Shown: positions 9,564 to 18,876, numbered from the stretch's first letter. The stretch is 64,000 nucleotides of DNA from Candidatus Omnitrophota bacterium (GCA_028716245.1 JAQUQW010000002.1:229346-293345), one strand, 5' to 3'. Translations and numbers: made by a program. Notes: generated from the letters alone by a model not told the origin.

Positions 9564-9875
9564 ATGATGAAAGAGATCCGCGAAGAATTTTTGAGGTTTA
9601 TCAAGTCCTACGGAGTGATCGGCGTGGCTATCGGTATTGTTATGGGCCAGGCGGTAGCCAAGGTTATTACGGTTATCGTCGAAGGCCTGGTTATGCCGGT
9701 CTTAGAAGTATTACTTCCCGGGAACAAATGGCAGGAAGCGGTTTTACATCTCTGGAGGATAAATATCAAGATTGGCTTGATTATCGCCGGGCTGATCGAT
9801 TTTTTTATTATCTCGGTGGTAGTTTTCTTTTTGGTTAAATATATATTAAAGATCGAACCTGGTCATAAACATTAA
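9564..9875 (+). CDS. mscL: large-conductance mechanosensitive channel
   Basis: MMKEIREEFLRFIKSYGVIGVAIGIVMGQA... two TM helices, ~104 aa; the ORF-track start at 9495 reads through the repeat and is rejected. Confidence 0.85.
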   Translation: MMKEIREEFLRFIKSYGVIGVAIGIVMGQAVAKVITVIVEGLVMPVLEVLLPGNKWQEAVLHLWRINIKIGLIIAGLIDFFIISVVVFFLVKYILKIEPGHKH

Positions 9876-9884
9876 CACCCCGCG

Positions 9885-9930
9885 TTTATAAGGAATTACG
9901 CGGGTGTGCCCGTGTGGGCAAGGAGGACAA
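9885..9930 (+). repeat. leader module copy B, 5' of yqeY-like gene
   Basis: ACACCCCGCG-TTTATAAGGAATT-ACGCGGGTGT GCCC-GTGT-GGGC AAGGAGG, ATG at 9933. Confidence 0.8.
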
Positions 9931-9932
9931 TT

Positions 9933-10385
9933 ATGTTGGCAGAAAAGATTTTCAACGATTATAAGGAGGCAATGAAAGCCCGCGACACTCTGAAGAGTTC
10001 GGTTTTAAGTTTTTTACGGGCAGATATGCTTAATTTGGCAACCGCCAAGAAAAAAGATAAGCTCGATGACGCCGAAATTATTACCGTAATCAAGAAACAA
10101 ATAAAGCAGCGCCAGGATTCGATTGAACAGTTTACCAAGGGCGCAAGGCCGGAAGCTGCGGAAAAAGAGAAAAAAGAATCAGAGATTCTCAAAGGTTATT
10201 TACCCGCCCAGATGCCGGTTGAGGAAATTAAACGTTTGATTGAAGAAGCGGTTGCGGCAACCGGAGCAAGCGGCGCCAAAGATATGGGCCGGCTGATGAA
10301 GGAGCTGTCTGTAAAGATCGCCGGAGGGGCTGACGGGAAACTGGTCAGTGATTTGGTAAGGCAAAGGTTAAGTCCTCCTTCCTAA
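9933..10385 (+). CDS. GatB/YqeY-domain protein
   Basis: ~150 aa; MLAEKIFNDYKEAMKARD... typical YqeY family N-terminus. Confidence 0.8.
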   Translation: MLAEKIFNDYKEAMKARDTLKSSVLSFLRADMLNLATAKKKDKLDDAEIITVIKKQIKQRQDSIEQFTKGARPEAAEKEKKESEILKGYLPAQMPVEEIKRLIEEAVAATGASGAKDMGRLMKELSVKIAGGADGKLVSDLVRQRLSPPS

Positions 10386-10400
10386 AAAGAAAGTTCAAAT

Positions 10401-11594
10401 ATGTTTTCTTCGTTACAGGTTAAATATTTTCGCATCTATTGGCTGGGCATGTTTGTGTCTTTGATCGGTACCTGGATACAAACCGTAGCTCAGAGCTGGC
10501 TGGTGTTTGAGTTAACCAACTCCGCGTTTCTTTTAGGGGTGGTTGGTTTCTTAAGTTCAATACCTATATTTGTGCTTTCTTTATTTGGAGGCGTGTTGGC
10601 TGACAGGGTAAATAAAAGAAATATACTGATTTTTACCCAAGTAACTTTTATGTTCCTGGCTTTTTTACTGGCAATCCTGACCCAATTCAAACTGATCACC
10701 CCTTTACAGATTATGTTCATTGCTTTGTTTAACGGGATCGTGATGGCTTTTGACGCTCCGGCCCGGCAGTCGATAGTGGTGGAGCTGGTCGGTAAAAAAC
10801 ATCTTTTTAACGCCATCGCCTTAAACTCGGTAGCTTTCAATTCTTCGCGGATTATCGGGCCGGCAATCGCCGGTGTATTGGTTTCGGTGATCGGGATGAG
10901 CGGGTGTTTTTATTTAAACGGAGTCAGCTTCCTGGCAGTCATTATCGCCCTCTTTTACATTAGATTGGGAACAGGCAAAGCGCGGAATAATAATTCAGCG
11001 ATAAAAGATCTTAAAGAAGGTTTGATCTTTATCAGCCGCCACCCGCTTATTTTAGCTTTAGTGAGCATGGTGGGGGCGATGAGCCTTTTTGGTATTTCCT
11101 ATGTTATCCTGATGCCGGTTTTTGTCAACCATGTGCTGGCCGCCGGAGTAAAGGGCTTGGGTATACTGATGTCCAGCACCGGACTTGGGGCCTTGATTGG
11201 AGCTTTAATTCTGGCCCGGTTGGGAGATTTTAAATATAAGGGAAGGCTGCTAATCGGCTCGGCGTTCTTATTTTCCTTGTCGCTGATCATTTTTTCATTA
11301 TCTAAAAATTACGCTTTGGCCGTTTTCTCTTTGATCCTTATAGGATGCACAAGCGTTATTCCAATTGCCCTGATCAATACTTTATTGCAAATTAACGTGC
11401 CGGATGAATTTCGCGGCAGGGTAATGAGCCTTTTTATGATTACTTTCGCCGGGATTATGCCTTTTGGAAATTTGATTTCCGGAGGCCTGGCGCAAACATT
11501 GGGGGTATCGGCGGCTCTTTTTTTCTGCGGCCTGACTTGTCTGGCATTATTTACGTTGATTAACTTTGTATTTTCAGGATTAAGAGATTTATAG
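10401..11594 (+). CDS. MFS transporter
   Basis: 397 aa, ~12 TM segments, MFS loop motif GVLADRVNKR. Confidence 0.75.
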   Translation: MFSSLQVKYFRIYWLGMFVSLIGTWIQTVAQSWLVFELTNSAFLLGVVGFLSSIPIFVLSLFGGVLADRVNKRNILIFTQVTFMFLAFLLAILTQFKLITPLQIMFIALFNGIVMAFDAPARQSIVVELVGKKHLFNAIALNSVAFNSSRIIGPAIAGVLVSVIGMSGCFYLNGVSFLAVIIALFYIRLGTGKARNNNSAIKDLKEGLIFISRHPLILALVSMVGAMSLFGISYVILMPVFVNHVLAAGVKGLGILMSSTGLGALIGALILARLGDFKYKGRLLIGSAFLFSLSLIIFSLSKNYALAVFSLILIGCTSVIPIALINTLLQINVPDEFRGRVMSLFMITFAGIMPFGNLISGGLAQTLGVSAALFFCGLTCLALFTLINFVFSGLRDL

Positions 11595-11617
11595 TAGTTT
11601 TGCGCCTTAAAATAAAG

Positions 11618-11670
11618 GGACCGTTTCTATTTTTTCTTTGTTCCTATTTTTAAAAAATAAAAACGGTTCC
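11618..11670 (+). terminator. long AU-rich hairpin after MFS gene (terminator-like)
   Basis: GGGACCGTTTCTATTTTTT ... AAAAAATAAAAACGGTTCC, ~19 bp stem with 2 mismatches. Confidence 0.4.
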
Positions 11671-11732
11671 TGGTTTCACTCAAATTTCAGTTGATTTATT
11701 TATATATTTTGTTAAAATTAGTGTTGGTAACA

Positions 11733-11780
11733 ACCCGCGCTTAAAGGTATTGCGCGGGTGTGCCCTTGTGGGCAAGGAGG
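11733..11780 (+). repeat. leader module copy C (orphan: ~80 nt upstream of next start codon)
   Basis: CAACCCGCGC-TTAAAGGTATT-GCGCGGGTGT GCCC-TTGT-GGGC AAGGAGG. Confidence 0.8.
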
Positions 11781-11859
11781 TGAATTAAATTCCCGCAATT
11801 TGATAATAATAAAACGTCATAATAACAAATTTTAATAAATTATAGAGAGGAGAGTAAGT

Positions 11860-12309
11860 ATGAAGAGGTTATTAAGTTTAGGGGTAGTGGTTTTGATGTT
11901 GGCGGGATTATCCGGTTGCGGTAAGAAACAAGAAGCAGAGGAGTTGCAGCCCATTACCATGGAGTCCCTGAGTACGCCCAGCAGCCCGGCCGCGGCTATG
12001 CCGGACATAAAGGCCCAAGAGTCCAAAATTTTAACTGCTCCGGCAGTTACCCAAGCCAAAGAAGTTGTACCTGTACCGCCGCAGGGGCCTTATAAGCCTA
12101 CGGGCATCGAAATCCAGACTGCTTTAAAGAACGCCGGTTTCTACACCGGCAATATCGACGGAAAAATCGGCCCGAAGAGCAAGAAGGCGATCGAAGATTT
12201 TCAAACCGCAAATGGCCTCAAAGCTGATGGCAAGGTGGGCACCAAGACCTGGGAAGCCCTGAGTAAGCATCTGAGCGCTGAAGCCGCTCCGGTTAAGCAT
12301 AAGCGGTAA
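11860..12309 (+). CDS. peptidoglycan-binding (PG_binding_1) lipoprotein
   Basis: Signal peptide with lipobox LAGLSGC; C-terminal LKNAGFYTGNIDGKIGPKSKKAIEDFQTANGLKADGKVGTKTWEAL matches PG-binding domain. Confidence 0.7.
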   Translation: MKRLLSLGVVVLMLAGLSGCGKKQEAEELQPITMESLSTPSSPAAAMPDIKAQESKILTAPAVTQAKEVVPVPPQGPYKPTGIEIQTALKNAGFYTGNIDGKIGPKSKKAIEDFQTANGLKADGKVGTKTWEALSKHLSAEAAPVKHKR

Positions 12310-12395
12310 CGGAAATTTTTAAATTTGTTTCAAAAGAAGATCCCAATGTAAAATATTGGGATTTTCTTTTTTACAGTGGTATAATGTAAACCTAT

Positions 12396-13613
12396 ATGAA
12401 GAAATTTCCGCAAAATTTCCTTTGGGGCGCCGCAACTTCAGCGCATCAGGTTGAAGGCCAAAACATTCATAATGATTGGTGGCTGGCTGAGCAGAGCCTC
12501 TGCTTAAAAGAAGCTTCGGGCAGCGCCTGCCGGCATTATGAACTTTACGCGCAGGATTTCGACATCGCCAGAGAGCTTAACCATAATTGCCATCGTTTTT
12601 CCATAGAGTGGAGCCGCATTGAGCCGCAGGAAGGAAAATTTGACTCCTCGGAAATCGAACATTACCGTAAAGTTATTTCCGAATTAAAGAGCCGGGGAAT
12701 TGAACCGGTGGTTACCCTGCATCATTTTACCAACCCGATCTGGTTTAGCCAAAAAGGCGGCTGGACCAAAGCTGGCCTCCAGAAATATTTTTTGCGTTTT
12801 GTCGATAAAATAGTCAAAGAGTTTGCCGGCCAGGTAAAATTTTGGATAACCATAAATGAACCTCTGATTTATTCATCGCATTCCTATCTATTGGGTGTCT
12901 GGCCTCCCAAGGAGTGTTCGCTGTTTAAGGCTGCCAAAGTAACCTTTAATATGGCCGGCGCCCATATAAAAGCTTACCGTCTTATCCATAAAATTTACCG
13001 GGAAAAGTCTTTAGCCAGGCCCATGGTGAGTATCGCGGCTAATTTGCAGGCATTTGAGATTTGCCAGCCGACATTAAAAAATAAATTGGCCCTGTATTTA
13101 CGGCATAAATTATATAACTTGTATTTCATCGAGAAGCTTTTACGTAAAAAGGCCTTAGATTTTATCGGGATAAATTATTACGGCAGGAACCTGGCGGATG
13201 TGCGTAACTGGAAAATAAGGAGTTTATTGCTGGATACCTGCAGTTATAACCATCATCCTTTGCGTAAAAATTCTTTAGGTTGGGATATTTACCCGCAGGG
13301 GCTCTACAAGCTTTTAATGGCCCTGAAGAGGTATAATCTTCCAATTATGATTACCGAAAACGGCATCTGTACTGAAGATGATGATTTGAGATGGGACTAT
13401 ATCCGGGAGCATCTGGAGCAGATACATCAGGCTATTGATCAGGGGGCCAAGGTTTTAGGTTATATTTACTGGTCACTGATCGACAATTTTGAATGGGATA
13501 AAGGGTTTAGCCCGCGTTTTGGCTTGGTAGCTGTGGATTATCAAAATCAAAAACGCACAATTAAGACAAGCGCCAGAAAACTTGCGCAGGTGGCCCAAAG
13601 CAATGAAATTTAA
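12396..13613 (+). CDS. glycoside hydrolase family 1 (beta-glucosidase-like)
   Basis: FLWGAATSAHQVEG N-terminal signature, TINEP acid/base, ITENG nucleophile; 405 aa. Confidence 0.85.
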   Translation: MKKFPQNFLWGAATSAHQVEGQNIHNDWWLAEQSLCLKEASGSACRHYELYAQDFDIARELNHNCHRFSIEWSRIEPQEGKFDSSEIEHYRKVISELKSRGIEPVVTLHHFTNPIWFSQKGGWTKAGLQKYFLRFVDKIVKEFAGQVKFWITINEPLIYSSHSYLLGVWPPKECSLFKAAKVTFNMAGAHIKAYRLIHKIYREKSLARPMVSIAANLQAFEICQPTLKNKLALYLRHKLYNLYFIEKLLRKKALDFIGINYYGRNLADVRNWKIRSLLLDTCSYNHHPLRKNSLGWDIYPQGLYKLLMALKRYNLPIMITENGICTEDDDLRWDYIREHLEQIHQAIDQGAKVLGYIYWSLIDNFEWDKGFSPRFGLVAVDYQNQKRTIKTSARKLAQVAQSNEI

Positions 13614-15617
13614 ATGGAACCCAAAGACAAAGAATTTATCATAAAAGAATTGCCGTTTTTTGCCGGCCTGAGCAAGGCGGAACTGGCGATAATTTACGCC
13701 AAGAGCCGGATTGTTGAATACCGCAAAGGCCAGATTATTTATGAAGAGGGTTCGGCTCCGAGCGCTTTTTATTGCATTATCTGCGGCCGGGTGCAGATTT
13801 ATGCCAAAGATAAAGACGGGAAACAATCGATCTTGGAGTATTTGCACCGCGGTAAATATTTCGGCATTATTTCCCTGCTGACCAACGAAACGCATTCGGT
13901 GACCAGTGCTGCCATCAATGATTGCTCGATATTGGTAATCAATAAAGACGATTTTAATTCTGTGTTAGAGGGTATTCCGCGCCTGGCTATTGACCTAAGC
14001 CGCACATTAAGCCGCCGCCTTAAGCGCAAAGATATCCATCAGAAAAAAATCTTTGAGAGCACGGTTATTTCGGTTTTTAGTTCCTACGCGCAGGCAGGCA
14101 AAACTATCTACGCTTTAAATCTTGGTTTAAGCCTTAACCGTGAAACCCATAAGTCTGTAATCATTTTAGACATTTTATCTAAAGAAAAGATCCACACTTT
14201 ACCGGACAAGCTGGAAATCCAGCAGCCGCCTATTTTTGACCTATCTTCCAGCGAAGAAATTTATACCCTGCCAAAAGATTTTGTTTTAAAAAGCAGCTTT
14301 GGCATCGACTTGTTTTGTTTCTACTACCAGGAAGATAATGAAGCCTGCCTTAAGCGGTTGATTGAGATATTAAGTATTTTGGTTAATGATTATCATTATA
14401 TTCTTTTAGACCTGCCTGCGGCGATGGACCGTTCGATTATCAGTATGCTGAACCAATCGGACTTAATCCACATCTTAAGCAGCCCGGACCCGGTGGATTT
14501 AAAGCGTACCAATAATCTCATCAGCCGGCTTAAGACAGATTTTAATTTTGATCCGCAGAAGATCAAGACCATTGTTAATGAATATAAATTAGCCCGGATC
14601 CATTATAGCGATCAGCTGGAAATCCTGGGGCAGGATATTTTTGCTACCATTCCTAAAATAGAATTTGATTCCCCGGCCCGCCTGATTATCGATGAGCCTG
14701 ATTGTGAATATTCCAAGGCAGTCAGGCGGATTGCCCGCCATTTGGGAGATTGTCTTGTGGGCTTGGTCCTGGGGGTAGGGGTGGGGTATGGTTTTTGCCA
14801 TGTAGGAGTATTAAAGGTCCTTGAAGAAGAGAAGATCCCAATTGATGTGATTGCCGGTTCCAGTATCGGCGCCCTTATCGCCAGCCTTTGGGCCATCGGA
14901 AACAATAGCCGGGAGATCCTGGAGATTACCCGTGAGTTCAGAGAGCCCAAACATATCTGGGGATTAGTCGATATAACTTTTCCGCGGCTGGGCTTTCTCA
15001 AAGGCAATAAATTATACCGTTTCCTGAAGAAACATCTGGGGGATAAAACTTTTTATGATGTGAAACTCCCTTTAAAAGTAATCGCCAGCGATGTTCACCG
15101 GAAGGAGCCCAAAATTTTAGACAAAGGGCCGCTGGTTGATGCTATAATGGCAAGTTGTTCGATGCCCGGGGTATTTACCCCTTTTAAATTCAGGGAAGAA
15201 ATACTTTTTGACGGCGGAGTGACCTATCCTTTGCCTACCGAGCCGCTGATGCAGATGGGGGTAAAAAAGATTATTGCGGTAAACGTTACTCCGTCGCGGG
15301 AGGATATTTTAAAACAGCTAAAAAAGCTAAAGGAAGAGGTTGCCTCCGGTAATGCCGTTGAAAATAAGCGGCCGGGTTTTCTTGCCCGGCTCAAGCGCTT
15401 CTTTAGCCTGAATATCGTGGATATTATTTTTAGCAGTGTTGAGGTGTTGCAGTCTGAGGTAGCCCGGCGCGAAGGGGAGCTGGCGGATATCGTTTTGCAT
15501 CCGGATACCGCGGGTTTATTCTGGCTGGAATTGCATCGAGCCGATGAATTCGCCAAACGCGGAGAGGAAGAGGCGCGTAAGCATTTGAATGAAATCCGGC
15601 AATTGATCAATGAATAA
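13614..15617 (+). CDS. cyclic-nucleotide-binding domain + patatin-like phospholipase (NTE-like)
   Basis: N-term CAP_ED-like domain (FYCIICGRVQIY...GKYFGIISLL); C-term LVLGVGVGYGFCHVGVLKVLEE Gly-rich loop, GSSIG serine hydrolase motif, FDGGV Asp motif. Confidence 0.8.
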   Translation: MEPKDKEFIIKELPFFAGLSKAELAIIYAKSRIVEYRKGQIIYEEGSAPSAFYCIICGRVQIYAKDKDGKQSILEYLHRGKYFGIISLLTNETHSVTSAAINDCSILVINKDDFNSVLEGIPRLAIDLSRTLSRRLKRKDIHQKKIFESTVISVFSSYAQAGKTIYALNLGLSLNRETHKSVIILDILSKEKIHTLPDKLEIQQPPIFDLSSSEEIYTLPKDFVLKSSFGIDLFCFYYQEDNEACLKRLIEILSILVNDYHYILLDLPAAMDRSIISMLNQSDLIHILSSPDPVDLKRTNNLISRLKTDFNFDPQKIKTIVNEYKLARIHYSDQLEILGQDIFATIPKIEFDSPARLIIDEPDCEYSKAVRRIARHLGDCLVGLVLGVGVGYGFCHVGVLKVLEEEKIPIDVIAGSSIGALIASLWAIGNNSREILEITREFREPKHIWGLVDITFPRLGFLKGNKLYRFLKKHLGDKTFYDVKLPLKVIASDVHRKEPKILDKGPLVDAIMASCSMPGVFTPFKFREEILFDGGVTYPLPTEPLMQMGVKKIIAVNVTPSREDILKQLKKLKEEVASGNAVENKRPGFLARLKRFFSLNIVDIIFSSVEVLQSEVARREGELADIVLHPDTAGLFWLELHRADEFAKRGEEEARKHLNEIRQLINE

Positions 15618-15631
15618 TTGGGGGAGGAACA

Positions 15632-16123
15632 ATGAAAAGTAATGCGCGATTTATTTTAGCTATTTCAGGCTGCCTGTTATCCACTGTTTTGTTAGGGTGC
15701 GCGACGATCAAAGAAATGGGCAAAGGCTTTGCCGGCGTATCTACCCAGGTTCTCGAGGATAAACGCAAGGATGCTTTGAAAAAATCTTTTGCCCTGGACT
15801 ACAATGGCTGCTACGCCAAGGTCAAGGATATCTTAAGCCAGAAAGATAGAGCGTCCTATATATACGCAGAGGATCCCAAGAAGAAGATGATTGCTATTTA
15901 TGTTTCTGCGCAAGATACTACTCCTGTAGGGATATTTTTTACCGAGGAAACAGGAACCGGCACTTTGATTGAAATATCCAGCCCGAGCACTTATGCTAAC
16001 GAGGAAATCGCAAGCAGAATATTTACCGGTATTGATACGTTACTTAATCCTAAGCCCAAGCCTAATACGCAAAACCAAATGGAGAAGAAAGCCGATGTTA
16101 AAGAAAAAGTTATCAATCAATGA
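15632..16123 (+). CDS. hypothetical lipoprotein
   Basis: Signal peptide with lipobox LLGCAT; no recognisable domain. Confidence 0.55.
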   Translation: MKSNARFILAISGCLLSTVLLGCATIKEMGKGFAGVSTQVLEDKRKDALKKSFALDYNGCYAKVKDILSQKDRASYIYAEDPKKKMIAIYVSAQDTTPVGIFFTEETGTGTLIEISSPSTYANEEIASRIFTGIDTLLNPKPKPNTQNQMEKKADVKEKVINQ

Positions 16124-16403
16124 TTTGATTAAGGAGTGCCACCGCGTTGCTAAAAGCAAGGGTTGGTGGGATGATCTGCGTAATGACGGTGAGTTGATTG
16201 CGCTGATGCATTCTGAACTATCCGAGGCTCTAGAGGCAATGCGCGGCCATGATAAAGAAAATAATTTGGCGGAGGAGTTAGCGGACTGCTGTATCCGCAT
16301 ATTTGATTATTGCGGCTCGCGGAAAATAGATTTGGAAAAAGCGTTATTAAAGAAGATCGAATATAATAAAACCCGTCCTTACCGGCACGGAAAGAAATTC
16401 TAA
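16095..16403 (+). CDS. small MazG-like nucleotide pyrophosphohydrolase
   Basis: ~102 aa all-alpha; EELADCCIRIFDYC...KIEYNKTRPYRHGKKF resembles MazG-like NTP-PPase; track ORF 15969 is an N-extension, ATG 16095 with GGAG SD preferred. Confidence 0.55.
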   Translation: MLKKKLSINDLIKECHRVAKSKGWWDDLRNDGELIALMHSELSEALEAMRGHDKENNLAEELADCCIRIFDYCGSRKIDLEKALLKKIEYNKTRPYRHGKKF

Positions 16404-16406
16404 GCA

Positions 16407-16460
16407 ACACCCCGCGCTTATAAGGAATTGCGCGGGTGTGCCCTTGTGGGCAAGGAGGAA
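16407..16460 (+). repeat. leader module copy D
   Basis: ACACCCCGCGC-TTATAAGGAATT-GCGCGGGTGT GCCC-TTGT-GGGC AAGGAGG aacaATG. Confidence 0.8.
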
Positions 16461-16462
16461 CA

Positions 16463-16696
16463 ATGCCATACGATAGCAGTTTGGACGCGCAGGTTTTTAC
16501 GCGTTTTTGGGAGAATGATTCCGGAAAAGTGGTGGTCAGTGTTTTTTCTTATAACAATGGCCCTAAAAAGATCCAGCTTGTCAGAGAGATAAAAGATAAA
16601 AACGGCGAATATGCTTTTGCCAAACTCGGCCGCTTGACCAAAGAAGAGGCGCAAGGCATATTACCTTTGATTCAGGAAGCGCTTAAAAATATGTAA
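16463..16696 (+). CDS. small hypothetical protein (78 aa), possibly PC4/YdbC-like
   Basis: ATG directly after repeat SD; KIQLVREIKDKNGEYAFAKLGRL weakly resembles PC4-like ssDNA-binding fold (uncertain). Confidence 0.45.
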   Translation: MPYDSSLDAQVFTRFWENDSGKVVVSVFSYNNGPKKIQLVREIKDKNGEYAFAKLGRLTKEEAQGILPLIQEALKNM

Positions 16697-16701
16697 GGAT
16701 T

Positions 16702-18255
16702 ATGGCCCAAATTAAGAAGCGGGACAGTTGGGGATCGCGCCTGGGAATTATTATGGCCGTGGCTGGTTCAGCTATCGGCCTGGGTAATTTCTTGCGTTTT
16801 CCGGCTAAAGCGGCGGCAAATGGCGGCGGAGCTTTTATGATCCCCTATTTTATTTCCCTGCTTCTTTTAGGAATCCCGCTGATGTGGATTGAATGGACCC
16901 TGGGCCGTTACGGCGGGGGTTTTGAACACGGCACTGCCCCTGGAATATTCCACAGCCTTTGGCAGAAAAACCGTTTTATTAAATATTTTGGAGTGATCGG
17001 AATATTCGGCCCGCTGGTTATTTTTATCTACTATGTCTTTATTGAATCCTGGACGCTGGCTTACAGTTTTTTTGCTTTAGCCGGCAAATACACCGCGTTG
17101 ACGGATCAGCAGTCACTGCGCCATTTTTTAACCGGTTTTCAGGGTTTGGAGAAAAATCAGTATTTTAACGGCATCGGAACCGCCTACCTGTTTTTCTTAG
17201 TTACTTTCTTATTGAATATTTGGGTAATTTATTATGGGATAAAAGGGGGAATAGAGAAGCTTTGCAAATGGGCAATGCCGCTGCTATTTGTTTTTGGTTT
17301 GGTGCTGATGTCCAGAGTTTTGACATTGGGTGCCCCGGATTTAAGCCGGCCAGCTTGGAATGTGTCAGGAGGTTTTGGTTTCTTATGGAACCCGGATTTT
17401 TCCGCGCTTAAATCCGCCAAGGTTTGGCTTGAAGCAGCAGGACAAATATTTTTTACTTTAAGCGTGGGGATAGGTGTGATCCTTACCTACGCCAGTTACT
17501 TAAAGAAAGCCGATGATGTTGTGCTTTCCGGGACAACCGCGGCGATGACCAATGAATTTGCCGAGGTTATTCTAGGCGGAAGTATTATTATTCCGGCGGC
17601 TTTTGTGTTTTTTGGGCCGGTGGATATTAAATCCATCGCCCAGTCAGGGGTATTTAATCTAGGTTTTGTAACTATGCCGTTGGTTTTGAATAAGCTGCCG
17701 CTTGCCGGATTCTTCGGATTCTGCTGGTTCTTTTTATTATTTTTAGCCGGGATAACTTCTTCGATTTCGCTGGCCCAGCCGGCAGTGGCATTTCTGGAAG
17801 ATGAGTTCAATATTAACCGTAAGCGGGCGGTTTCCATATTTGCCGCAGTTTCATTCATCTTATGCCAGCCGGCGATATTTTTCCTGGGCCGGGGAGTGGT
17901 TGATGAATTGGATTTTTGGGGCGGCACATTTTTTCTGGTAGTTTTTGCGACAATTGAGACAATATTATTTGCCTGGGTATTTGGTATGGAGCGGGCTTGG
18001 GAGGAAATACATCAGGGCGCGGATATGATTATACCTAAAATCTATAAATTTATCATAAAGTATATCACGCCTTTATTTTTATTTATTATATTGGGAATGT
18101 GGTTTGCCCAGGAATGGCTGCCGATAATAATGATGAAAAATGTATCCGGGGCAGATAAGCCATTTATTTTTTGCACGCGCTTAGGTTTATTGTTCGTATT
18201 TATAATTTTGGCGGTTTTAGTAAAGATTGCCTGGAAGCGTAGAAAGCTAAAATAA
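16702..18255 (+). CDS. sodium-dependent NSS-family transporter (LeuT/MetP-like)
   Basis: GSAIGLGNFLRFP NSS signature in TM1; 517 aa, ~11-12 TM. Confidence 0.85.
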   Translation: MAQIKKRDSWGSRLGIIMAVAGSAIGLGNFLRFPAKAAANGGGAFMIPYFISLLLLGIPLMWIEWTLGRYGGGFEHGTAPGIFHSLWQKNRFIKYFGVIGIFGPLVIFIYYVFIESWTLAYSFFALAGKYTALTDQQSLRHFLTGFQGLEKNQYFNGIGTAYLFFLVTFLLNIWVIYYGIKGGIEKLCKWAMPLLFVFGLVLMSRVLTLGAPDLSRPAWNVSGGFGFLWNPDFSALKSAKVWLEAAGQIFFTLSVGIGVILTYASYLKKADDVVLSGTTAAMTNEFAEVILGGSIIIPAAFVFFGPVDIKSIAQSGVFNLGFVTMPLVLNKLPLAGFFGFCWFFLLFLAGITSSISLAQPAVAFLEDEFNINRKRAVSIFAAVSFILCQPAIFFLGRGVVDELDFWGGTFFLVVFATIETILFAWVFGMERAWEEIHQGADMIIPKIYKFIIKYITPLFLFIILGMWFAQEWLPIIMMKNVSGADKPFIFCTRLGLLFVFIILAVLVKIAWKRRKLK

Positions 18256-18270
18256 GGGAGGATAATAGAG

Positions 18271-18378
18271 GTGAAATTAGGAGGATGGATTTTTTTAATT
18301 TTTTCCTGGGGGCTGATTATTGGTTTGACAGTTTTTTGTTTTTTAAAAGTTTTTTCAAAAAACACTCCGCGCTTATAA
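18271..18378 (+). CDS. candidate 35-aa single-TM micro-protein (MetS-like NSS partner?)
   Basis: GTG start 9 nt after GGGAGG; VKLGGWIFLIFSWGLIIGLTVFCFLKVFSKNTPRL; not in ORF track (<60 aa); 3' end runs into repeat copy E. Confidence 0.3.
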   Translation: MKLGGWIFLIFSWGLIIGLTVFCFLKVFSKNTPRL

Positions 18379-18412
18379 GGTATTGCGCGGGTATGCCCTT
18401 GTGGGCAAGGAG
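18361..18412 (+). repeat. leader module copy E
   Basis: AACACTCCGCGC-TTATAAGGTATT-GCGCGGGTAT GCCC-TTGT-GGGC AAGGAG ctaagATG. Confidence 0.8.
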
Positions 18413-18417
18413 CTAAG

Positions 18418-18801
18418 ATGAAAAAGTTTTTATCGTTAGGTTTGGCATTAACTCTGCTGGTATCAATTTGCGGATGCGCGCCCCTGATTATCGGAGCAGC
18501 CGCAGGCAGCCTGGGCGCATACGCGGTAAGCAAGGATACTGTGCAGGGAGATACGGATAAGAATTATGATGCGCTTTGGAGTTCAGCTCTTAGTGTTGCC
18601 GGCTCTTATGGCATAATCCAGCAGGAAAATGCCGGTACCGGTTATATTGAATTAGGGGCACAGTCCACTAAAGTTTGGATAAAATTAGTCCGCCTGACTC
18701 AGGCGACAACCCGGCTTCGGGTTTCTGCGCGTAAATACCATTTCCCAAACATGGAGCTGGCCCAGGATATTTTTGTTAAGATTATCACGAGTGTAAGATA
18801 A
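18418..18801 (+). CDS. hypothetical lipoprotein
   Basis: Lipobox LVSICGCA; 127 aa. Confidence 0.55.
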   Translation: MKKFLSLGLALTLLVSICGCAPLIIGAAAGSLGAYAVSKDTVQGDTDKNYDALWSSALSVAGSYGIIQQENAGTGYIELGAQSTKVWIKLVRLTQATTRLRVSARKYHFPNMELAQDIFVKIITSVR

Positions 18802-18876
18802 GCGGTTTTTCATATTTTTCCCTTTTCTTTTTGGGGAATTTGTGTACAATATAACAAAAGCTCAAAACAATATTTA

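Noticed and set aside
9539-9838. 99-aa alternative-frame ORF (MWPSGQGDNDERD...) inside mscL
   Set aside because: It overlaps the well-supported mscL frame, has low-complexity Gly/Tyr/Arg-rich composition and no SD. It is a frame artefact.
15969-16094. Long N-terminal extension of the MazG-like ORF overlapping the upstream lipoprotein gene
   Set aside because: An internal ATG at 16095 with a GGAG SD gives a ~100-aa protein matching the size of MazG-like NTP-PPases. The extension has no homology.
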